DNA from: an uncultured cyanobacterium | GTDB taxonomy: Bacteria; Cyanobacteriota; Cyanobacteriia; PCC-9006; JAAUQQ01 | DNA: 64,000 bases | Direction: 5' to 3' | NCBI GenBank assembly: GCA_963718615.1 | Contig: OY970368.1 | Location: 2,752,001-2,816,000, forward strand | Shown: piece after piece, positions 12,135 to 19,920 of the stretch | Layout of the letters: every line of letters starts with the position of its first letter | How positions within the stretch are numbered: the first letter of the stretch is position 1 | Notes under the pieces: generated by a model | Told to the model about the DNA's origin: nothing | Seen by the model: only the letters and a program-made list of their open reading frames with translations | The model's database searches: none | Position numbers and translations under genes: made by a program

Positions 12135-12174
12135 TGAATTCAACAGAATAGAAAATCCCCCAATTTTCCTGAAG

Positions 12175-12330
12175 GCGATCGCTGATTCCCTCGATACCAT
12201 CTTGAGCCAAGACTATCGCGTCGCTGTCGGAAATCGCGTCTACCTCAGTCAGGGCGAAGAAACCATCCTTATCGGCATTCCCGACGTTTCCGTCGCCGCC
12301 ACACCGATATCGAAAACCACCGACTCCCAA
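12175..12330 (+). pseudogene. DUF4058 family fragment
   Basis: AIADSLDTILSQDYRVAVGNRVYLSQGEETILIGIPDVSV resembles the DUF4058 segment AIADxLxxxLRPxYRVAIEKRVY...LVGIPDVxV. No proper start or C-terminus. Confidence 0.55.
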
Positions 12331-12599
12331 ACTTGGGCCGGAAGATCTCGCTTGGCTGAATGCCGCGATCGGCAAAGTCAATTGAGGCGGTGAAGTTGGG
12401 CGATCGAACTGTTCGATGACTTTCTTTTACAAGCTTTTCTCTTCTCTACTATGCAGCCTCATATTTGTAGAACTCGATGAAGTTTAACTTCAAGTATCAA
12501 GTGTCAAGACATTTGCCTGTCGCGACAATTAGAAGGCGGGGAGCCCACTGAATTGGCAAAAGGAAATGAGAAGCGGCAATCTCAGGTCAAGACGACAAT

Positions 12600-13514
12600 C
12601 TAAGATCGCTTCTGGTGTGTCGATGTTTGGGAGTCAGATTCAGAGGATTTTGCCGGGAGTGCCTTCAAGTTCTCAGAGCGCTGGTGAGCGGAGCGTTTAC
12701 GAAAACTGTCCGCCTTGATTTCGAGAATGACCGCATGGTGAATGAGGCGGTCAACGGCGGCGACGGTCATCATGGAATCACCAAAGATGGAGTTCCACTC
12801 ACTGAACGGCTGATTGGCAGTGACCATGATGCTTTTGCGCTCATAGCGATAGGCAATGAGTTCAAAGAGAACGGAGGTTTCTGCCTCGGATTTTTGGACA
12901 TAGCCGAGGTCATCAATGATCACGAGGTCAAAGCGGTCGAGCTTTTTCAGGGCAGGCTGAAGCTGGAGATGAAGCTTTTCTTTTTGGAGATACTGCACCA
13001 GGGTGGTGGCACAGAAGAATTTGACGCGCTTGCCCGCTTCCAGGGCGGCACGAGCGATGCCAGCGGCCAGATGGGTTTTGCCGACCCCAGAAGGTCCGAA
13101 GAAGAGACAGTTTTGGGCGTCATCAATCCACTGGGGTTCAGTGGCGAGTTTTTGAATCGGGAGAGGGTTAACCAGGGGCAGGTGTGTCCAATCGAAATTG
13201 GAAACCGTTTTGGCGTTGGGCAGTTGAGCTTCGGTGATGGCTCTTTGGAGGCGCAAAGCCTTGCGGCGGTCTGTTTCGAGTTGGCACAGGGCCAAGAGAA
13301 ATTGCGCGTAGGACCAGGTCTCTCGCATGGCTTGCTGCTCCAAGGTCTCCCAGTGGTTGAGCATATGGGATAAGCGCAGGTGCTTGAGCTGAGCGCTGAG
13401 GCTTTGGTAAGGGCTCAGCTCCGGTTGAGACGAGCTCTGGTTCTGCATCTGGGATGACGCTGCTGTGGGTGAACAGAAGGGCATCGTAGTCGTTGAGGTC
13501 ATGTTGTTGGACAT
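12600..13514 (-). CDS. istB: IS21 helper ATPase IstB (probable start 13448)
   Basis: GPSGVGKTHLA, DLVIIDDLGY, LFELIAYRYE, TVAAVDRLIHHA. Confidence 0.95.
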   Translation of the reverse strand: MSNNMTSTTTMPFCSPTAASSQMQNQSSSQPELSPYQSLSAQLKHLRLSHMLNHWETLEQQAMRETWSYAQFLLALCQLETDRRKALRLQRAITEAQLPNAKTVSNFDWTHLPLVNPLPIQKLATEPQWIDDAQNCLFFGPSGVGKTHLAAGIARAALEAGKRVKFFCATTLVQYLQKEKLHLQLQPALKKLDRFDLVIIDDLGYVQKSEAETSVLFELIAYRYERKSIMVTANQPFSEWNSIFGDSMMTVAAVDRLIHHAVILEIKADSFRKRSAHQRSENLKALPAKSSESDSQTSTHQKRS

Positions 13515-14959
13515 TCACGGTGGGGAATTCGAGTTTGGTGAGCAACTGAAAATGGAGTCTGAGCCTTGAGAGGGTGAGGGTTTTGGCCTCAATCTCTGGG
13601 AAGAGGTAGTCAGCGACCGCCGCTTCCTTGTTTTGGGTCGCCGCAATATAGAGGGCTTCGACCATGAGCACGGCGGCAGAATCAAGCTCAAAGCCAGCCT
13701 GGAGCTGTTTCCAGAGTTGGTGATAGCGCTCATTGGGCAGGAGGTCCTCTCGCCAGGTGCTGTGGAGGAAGGCCAAGGGCTTTTTGCGCAACCCTTCGAT
13801 GACATGGTGATAGTCCACCGAGCGGGCGCGCCGCTTGTCCTTGTCAGTAGAACGAATCCGTTTCAACCTGAACACTTCATGGCCTTCGAGGTAGCCCATC
13901 AGGCGGTTGTGGTGCAGATGCACTTCCAGGGACCGGCCAATTAAGCGAGACGGCACGCTGTAGAGCATGCAGCGGATATCAATCGTGCTGTTGCTGCTCA
14001 CCTTGGCGGTGAGGAGTTCGTAGTCCGCAGCCCGGTATTTGGGCAACGCCTGGAGATGCGCTTTCTCATGCTCATACTTATCCTGATGCTGGGCATTGAG
14101 CTTGGCCACACAGTCATTGAGCAGGTCTTGATAGTCGCTGACGCTAGCGAAGTCGGTGCTGCCGCGCAGGTACATCGCTTGGACAATGCGGTTCTTCAGA
14201 TGACCGTGGGGGCCTTCAATAGAACCGTTCTCGTGGGCGATTCCCCGGTTGTTTCGCGTCGGTTGCAACCGATAGTGCTCACACAGGTCGTCATACAAGC
14301 GCGTCAGCGGTTTGGTTCTTCTTCCCACCCAGATTTCGATAGGCCGCACTCAGGCTATCGGTGCGATGCTGCTTTGGAGCCCCGCCGCAGGCAAACAGGG
14401 CATTCTGCAATCCTTCGGATAGGGCGACAAAGCTTTCACCCCCCTCGATTAACTCCGCGTAGGACCAGCCGCTGTAGCCCAAGCGGTAGTGATAAATCAA
14501 GTGCTCATAGGGCTTTCCATTTATCGTCACCACCGTCCCTTTGAGTTCGGTGAAGTCGGAAAATCCTTGCACCCCCGGCTCGTGACGCAGCTCAAACATC
14601 ACCTCGGGAGCTGGACCATACAGTGCTTTCCAGGTTCTCACTCGCCGCTGAAGCGTCCTGAGCACTTGCGGATATTGACCCGGATATTTGTCCTGCAAAT
14701 GCTCAAATAACGTCGTCGGTTTCAGTCTTGGCTCAGCTCGCAGCATCGCCTCTAGTTCGGCTTCCCAAAGACCGTTGAGTGGATCTGGCCGGGTCCGCAC
14801 CCCGGTGCCCTCTCCACTCCCCTGCTGCCACTCGTTGGCATCCATTCGTTGCGCGGTTCGCACCGAAAATTCCGCCACCGCTGCCGCATCTTGCTGCGAC
14901 AGGCCATGCTCCTTTGCATTCATGTACACTCGCTGTTGATACATTATTACTCTCGACAC
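13168..14959 (-). pseudogene. istA: IS21 transposase IstA with a one-base frameshift near 14325
   Basis: The N-terminal ORF (14959-14291: RTLQRRV, SDFT, HRTDSLSAAYRNLGG) continues in another frame (RRTKPLTRLYDDLC...HENGSIE). One extra base in the GGG run of GGTGGGAAG explains the shift. Confidence 0.85.
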
Positions 14960-15154
14960 TCGTTAGAGTCCTTTCTTTCCAGGGGGACCCTATGAGTGTC
15001 TTTTTTTGTCGATCGCCACGCCAGTGAGCTGTCAAAGTCTCACGTCTGTCTCACGATCCAAGCCACGCTTTCGCGACAACTCCCGCCAGGAAATGTCGAG
15101 CAGCCGCCAATGCTATTGTCGTCTAACATTCAAGAAACAAGAAACGTTGAATAT

Positions 15155-15730
15155 TTAAGATTCTTGCTCTAGTTGAACCTCTTCATAAATCAGTTCAATG
15201 GGACAAGAAAAGCCCAGGCTACTCAGCTCTACAATATCACCAGGGCCATAGGCAGTATAGAGCCACATTCGTCCTTCGCCCCGACGATAGCATTCCACAC
15301 AAACCTTCGAGGAATCAATCAGAATATATTCCTGAAGGCTCGCCAACTGACGATACTCTTGTAATTTCTCACCCCGATCCTTTCGCTCAGTTCCAGGAGA
15401 AAGCACCTCAACAATTAACGTTGGCGACTGAAACAGGGTTGTTGCTTGGCGATCGCCCTCACTACAGCTCACCACCACATCAGGATAACGATAGGCCCCT
15501 GTGGCTGAAATCTGAACCTTGACATCAGCGACATTGATCTTGCAGTTTCTCTGGCGGACATGGGGCCGCAAGGCGGTGTATAGGTTCAGGGCTAAATCGT
15601 TGTGAGGAATCGTTCCCCCAGTCATGGCTACGATTTTGCCCTGGGCATATTCATAGCGTATCTCTTGATGGCATTCCCATGCTAGGTATTCCTCAGGGCT
15701 TAGGCGGCTGGAGTCTTGAATGGCAATCAT
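15155..15730 (-). CDS. Uma2 family (DUF820) putative endonuclease
   Basis: LSPEEYLAWE, RYEY, YRYPDVVVSC, PTLIVEVLSPGT, DRGEK, SLQEYILID. Confidence 0.93.
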   Translation of the reverse strand: MIAIQDSSRLSPEEYLAWECHQEIRYEYAQGKIVAMTGGTIPHNDLALNLYTALRPHVRQRNCKINVADVKVQISATGAYRYPDVVVSCSEGDRQATTLFQSPTLIVEVLSPGTERKDRGEKLQEYRQLASLQEYILIDSSKVCVECYRRGEGRMWLYTAYGPGDIVELSSLGFSCPIELIYEEVQLEQES

Positions 15731-15998
15731 GATGGTTATCCCATGAGGTGCGTAGGTCTATCAATATTATTTTAGGGTTAGGGTGGGGGCAATTTCTTCA
15801 ATAGCTTGCGAGGCGATCGCCATAACACGCTCCAGTCTGTTTTGCTTCTGCCTGAGAAATTTCCTCAATTTTCCTGAGATCCGCCGAAACAAGACCTGAA
15901 TTTTCCCCAACTTTTATCTCTTGGTTTGTGGGACATTAGTGGCGTATTCCGTATAGGCAATTTATTTCATCATAGATTTCGTCACAGGAGATATCACA

Positions 15999-16052
15999 AT
16001 GACTGGTGCAGCAACAGTTTTGAAGCGGGGCGATCGTGGCCTCGAAGATTGA
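15999..16052 (+). pseudogene. Truncated start of a probable peptidoglycan-binding-domain gene
   Basis: AGGAG RBS, then MTGAATVLKRGDRGLED*. LKRGDRG is the typical opening of PG_binding_1 domains. The same stub (ATG changed to ATT) is at 19358-19405. Confidence 0.5.
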
Positions 16053-16057
16053 AAAAG

Positions 16058-16168
16058 GGTAGTCCTATTTCTTAAAGGCTAAAGAAAAATAGTCATTTTC
16101 AGAAGGCTTACTGGATAAAGCTTTCAAGATTTCACTTTTTTCTCTGACCTTTACATAAGGGCACTACC
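16058..16168. mobile_element. MITE, 111 bp, with IS1-like ends and an 8-bp target duplication
   Basis: Ends GGTAGT...ACTACC with longer imperfect inverted repeats, flanked by TGAAAAAG at 16050-16057 and 16169-16176. Confidence 0.8.
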
Positions 16169-16347
16169 TGAAAAAGATTTTAAGGTCCTTCAATACTAGT
16201 ACTACCTTAGAGAAGACTGATGAATTATCTCCCAAGACATTCGCTAAATGCGATTAGAGAAATTAGCTTTCCTCTATCAATTTTGTAAGTAGTTTCTGGA
16301 TAGAATTTGTACTTTTCAAAAACAACCAAACTAGGAGATTTACAGTT

Positions 16348-17673
16348 ATGTCTGTACTGATTTCTGATGGAGAGATTGCAGCCATCCGATTTATCCGAAT
16401 TGTGTGCACCAAAGCACCAGATGAAGTGAAGAGCCAGCTCGAAAGTTATATTAAGAATAATGATTGGAGCAGTCTTCTACAATGGTCAAAGCCCCTATTA
16501 CCCAGATTTAATTTGAGCGAGTTTACTCAGGTAGAGCTTGCTGAAGTCGCGCCGTTAACGACGATGCGGCAGGATGTCTATCTATTTCTGAAAAATGTCG
16601 AGAATTCCACCAACTTACAATTGAAAGAGGCAATCTCCAAGCTGCAAGAGTGGGGTGGATGGGAATCAATCGCTAAGATTGTGCAAGACAATCCTAAAAT
16701 TCCTTTCCAGTTCACCGGTACCGACGTCCAAGCCGTTTTAGACCCAGTTGGAAAGCTCCCGGCGCTTACGCATAGTCAGATTCAAGCAAAGACTTTTCTT
16801 AATACCATTGCTAATGATCCGAAAGCAGCGAGACTAAAAGAGATGGTTGCAAAGATGCAACAGTGGGGTGGATGGGAATCAATCGCTAAGATTGTGCAAG
16901 ACGATCCTAAAATTCCCTTCCAGTTCAATGGTTCTGACGTAAAGGCTCTACTAGATACGCGGGGTCAGATTACTGAACGCAGTATTACCCAGATCGAATC
17001 TTTATTGAGCATCCTCTCTTTCTATTCGACTTTAGAGCAGAAATCTAAGCAAGATGAAGAAGTAAAGAAATTCTTCGACGATATCAGCAAGCGTGTTCAG
17101 CACGGCTGCTGGAAATCGATTGCTGATATTGTCAACAACAATGAAAAAATTCCTTTTAAGGGATTCACCGTACCCGACCTGAAATTGGTGCTAGACCCTG
17201 AAGATAACTATGGCGACGATCCTATTTGTCAGGCACTGAAACCTCCTGTTCCCCCGGCATGGACAGTGCCAATAGTTTGGACAATACAATTTGGTAAGGA
17301 CGCTGTCAACTGGACGACTGGGGCTGCCAACGATGTGGCTGACTGGACGACTGGGGCTGCCAACGATGTGGCTGACTGGACGACTGGGGCTGCCAACGAT
17401 GTGGCTGACTGGACGACTGGGGCTGCCAACGATGTGGCTGACTGGACGGTCGGGGCTGGCAAAGATGCTGTAGATTGGACGGCCGGGGCTGCCAACGATG
17501 TGGCTGACTGGACGGTCGGGGCTGGCAAAGATGCTGTAGATTGGACGGCCGGGGCTGCCAACGATGTGGCTGACTGGACGGTCGGGGCTGGCAAAGATGC
17601 TGTAGATTGGACGGTCGGGGCTGCCAACGATGTGGCCGATGCGTTAGACCCCAGAAAATACTTTAGATTTTAG
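16348..17673 (+). CDS. Hypothetical protein with about four 70-aa Nif11-like repeats and C-terminal 11-residue tandem repeats
   Basis: AGGAG RBS; repeated WESIAKIVQDxPKIPFQFxGxDVxAxLD; WTxGAANDVAD/WTVGAGKDAVD array. Confidence 0.85.
   Translation: MSVLISDGEIAAIRFIRIVCTKAPDEVKSQLESYIKNNDWSSLLQWSKPLLPRFNLSEFTQVELAEVAPLTTMRQDVYLFLKNVENSTNLQLKEAISKLQEWGGWESIAKIVQDNPKIPFQFTGTDVQAVLDPVGKLPALTHSQIQAKTFLNTIANDPKAARLKEMVAKMQQWGGWESIAKIVQDDPKIPFQFNGSDVKALLDTRGQITERSITQIESLLSILSFYSTLEQKSKQDEEVKKFFDDISKRVQHGCWKSIADIVNNNEKIPFKGFTVPDLKLVLDPEDNYGDDPICQALKPPVPPAWTVPIVWTIQFGKDAVNWTTGAANDVADWTTGAANDVADWTTGAANDVADWTTGAANDVADWTVGAGKDAVDWTAGAANDVADWTVGAGKDAVDWTAGAANDVADWTVGAGKDAVDWTVGAANDVADALDPRKYFRF
17278..17640 (+). 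repeat. Coding tandem repeat: 33-bp unit, 10 conserved copies plus 1 degenerate copy
   Basis: TGGACGACTGGGGCTGCCAACGATGTGGCTGAC and its variant TGGACGGTCGGGGCTGGCAAAGATGCTGTAGAT lie head to tail with no spacers. Confidence 0.95.
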
Positions 17674-17810
17674 AGGAGTGCTTTAACGAACATATAGTGT
17701 CAGGCTCAAAGCCTTGTTCTTTCATCGAGAGATAGGTGTGTACACTAAAATGTGAATCGCCTGAGTTCGGGATAGGTCAGATGCTTGAAAGTCGATAAAG
17801 AGTGGCCTAA

Positions 17811-17940
17811 GAGGATGTTTGAGAATAGCTGAGGCTGTCGCAGATGAAGCCGATCACCACACACCGTTGCTTAAAAAGCAGGCAAAATCTTCCGTAACTG
17901 GTATCAAATCCTCGACTTTGGCGAATTCTTAAACATCCTC
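17811..17940. mobile_element. MITE, 130 bp, with IS5 (IS1031-like) ends and a TAA target duplication
   Basis: GAGGATGTTTGAGAAT versus reverse-complemented right end GAGGATGTTTAAGAAT (15/16 match), with TAA on both sides. Confidence 0.75.
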
Positions 17941-18057
17941 TAAGGAAGTTTGGTTGGTGAGCTTGAGTGTTCAAAATATCCCACTATTGAGAATATCTTT
18001 AAGAGAAGGAATTGTTGATAGAACTACCAAGGAGTCAATCTGATAAGCTACTAAGCC

Positions 18058-18651
18058 GAGAGCGTTCAGAGTTTTGTGTAAGCAGTTGCTTGTTCAAAAG
18101 TTGAAGCGTTCTGGAAACAGGATAGCAAAATGTGAGAGGGCAGCCTTCCAATCTTTAATTGGCTTAGTCCAACGCTTAGAGATATTGTTGAGAGCTAGAT
18201 ACATCAGCTTGAAAACCGACGCCTTATCGGGGAACACAGCTTTGGTTTTGAGCACCTTACGTAGACTACGATTGAGCGATTCAATCGCGTTGGTAGTGTA
18301 GATGACTTTGCGGATGGCCATAGGATAATTGAAAATCGGGATGATGTTCTCCCAGTTGCGAATCCAAATTTGGTTGATGCCGGGATATTGGCGATCCTAT
18401 GTTGGGCCGAGCGCTTGCATCATCCTTCGATGGCTTCATGTGGTGCGTCAGTTCACCCGCCAGTGCGCGTTCCACAAGCCTCTTGCTGAGCTGCTTGAGC
18501 AGTCCTGATTCTCCCAAGATTTCTTCTGGTCCTTGGCTTTCTGCTAGCAGCTCGTCCATTCGATTCGCTTCTTTCTTCGTTCGCGCCATTGTCGGTCCTC
18601 TCCTGACTTATTGGGATTTTAGACCACTTACACAAAATCTTGATCACTCTC
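18058..18651 (-). mobile_element. Internally deleted IS256-family element
   Basis: Terminal IRs GAGAGCGTTCAGAGTTTTGTGTAAG and GAGAGTGATCAAGATTTTGTGTAAG. The transposase N-terminus (GLLKQLSKRLVERALAGELTHH) is joined directly to the C-terminus (IRKVIYTTNAIESLN...W). Confidence 0.88.
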
Positions 18652-19400
18652 TTTTCTCTTCTCCACTATGCAGCCCCATATCTGTAGTAGAACTCGATGA
18701 AGTTTAACTTCAAGAAATAAGAAACGTTGGATATTTAAGATTCTTGCTCTAGTCGAACCTCTTCAAAAATCAGTTCAGCAGGACAAGAAAAGTTAAGGCA
18801 ACTCAGCTCTGCAATATCACTAGGGCCATAGGCACTATAGAGCCACATTCGTCCTTCGCCCCGACGGTAGAATTCCACGCAAACTTTCGAGGAATCAATC
18901 AGAATATATTCCTGAAAGCTCGCTAACTGACGATACTCTTGTAATTTCTCACCCCGCTCCTTTCGCTCAGTTCCAGGAGAACGCACCTTAACAATTAACG
19001 TTGGGGACTGAAACAGGGTTGTTGCTTGGCGATCGCCCTCACTACAGCTCACCGCCTCGGGGTAACGATAGGCCCCTGCGGCTGCAATCTGGACCTTGAC
19101 ATCAGCAACATTGATCTTGCAGTTTCTCTGGCGGACATGGAGCTGCAAGGCGGTGTGCAAGTTCAGGGCCAAATTATCGCCACGACGCTCTCCAGTCTGC
19201 TTTGCTTCTGCCCGAGCAATTTCCCAATTTTCCTGAGATCTGCCGAAACAAGAACTGAATTTTCCCCAACTTTTATCTCTCGGTTTCTGGGACATTAATG
19301 TTGTGTTCCATATAGGGAATTTATTTCATCATAGATTTCGTCACAGGAGATATCACAATTACTGGTGCAGCAACAGTTCTGAAGCGGGGCGATCGCGGCA
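18651..19400. repeat. Copy 2 of the diverged direct repeat, with an internal deletion
   Basis: Matches copy 1 but lacks about 15598-15815, the Uma2 5' end and its upstream region. Confidence 0.9.
18735..19175 (-). pseudogene. 5'-truncated Uma2 family paralogue
   Basis: NLALNLHTALQLHVRQRNCKINVADVKV...EEVRLEQES is nearly collinear with 15155-15730. The N-terminus is deleted and conserved motifs are altered (PDVVV to PEAV, EVLSP to KVRSP). Confidence 0.85.
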
Positions 19401-19469
19401 TCTAGATCATCAACCTTTAGTATTGGGCACCTCGAAAAATTGACATGCAATACATTAAGGATGTAACTT

Positions 19470-19901
19470 ATGGGACTCGTGTCAAAAGGCAGGTATGAAA
19501 GCGATTGGGTTGTGCGTTTTGATAGGGAGTTGATGACAGCTCTTGAGACTGCCCATTCGCATGTAGAGAGTGGGGCAGGCGATGATGCGATGCTTAGATG
19601 GTTTGGAACTATTGCAACCCCAGCCCTCAGAACTAGCCTAGGAAAACAACTAGGTAAACTCCGTAGTAATCTTAATTTGCGAGAAATTCCTATAGGGTTT
19701 ATGTCTCTTCGGGATAGGGTTAAAGATCAAAATGCACGTGCGTGGAATATTGCCGCTCCGCAACTTGAATTGGGAAAAGATCTAGTAGCTCCTGACCTTA
19801 ATAAATTTAACACAATTGAGTTAGATGAAGGCTTCAATATGTTACCAGATTATTTGCCTCTAGCTGCCGATGGCACAGTAGATGCTACTAGTTATTATTA
19901 G
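19470..19901 (+). pseudogene. Hypothetical protein, possibly a C-terminally truncated M35/aspzincin-like metallopeptidase
   Basis: MLRWFG and IELDEGFNMLP resemble M35 motifs. The ORF stops where the HExxH motif would be expected. Confidence 0.4.
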
Positions 19902-19920
19902 AGCAAAGGAGAACACGAAA

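Larger units (their letters stand above)
12495..15128 (-). mobile_element. IS21-family insertion sequence, 2634 bp, with 6-bp target duplication TTCAAG
   Basis: istA/istB pair. TTCAAG at 12489-12494 and 15129-15134, while repeat copy 2 (about 18709) shows the empty site with a single TTCAAG. Imperfect terminal repeats carry internal TCGCGACA-like motifs. Confidence 0.92.
12434..16047. repeat. Copy 1 of a diverged direct repeat (Uma2 gene plus flanks), interrupted by IS21
   Basis: 12434-12494 plus 15135-16047 aligns by eye with 18651-19400, e.g. GTAGAACTCGATGAAGTTTAACTTCAAG and CATAGATTTCGTCACAGGAGATATCACAAT in both copies. Confidence 0.9.

Noticed and set aside
12615-13373. 252-aa plus-strand ORF
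   Set aside because: Antisense to istB, with no independent features.
14310-14345. Programmed frameshift in istA
   Set aside because: No canonical slippery heptamer, and the break lies within the DDE domain. A single-base insertion or sequencing error is simpler.
17278-17640. 33-bp repeats as a CRISPR array
   Set aside because: The units are contiguous with no unique spacers, are in frame within a CDS, and no cas genes are present.
19176-19295. Novel N-terminus of the 186-aa Uma2-like ORF
   Set aside because: It is intergenic sequence brought in frame by the deletion in repeat copy 2.
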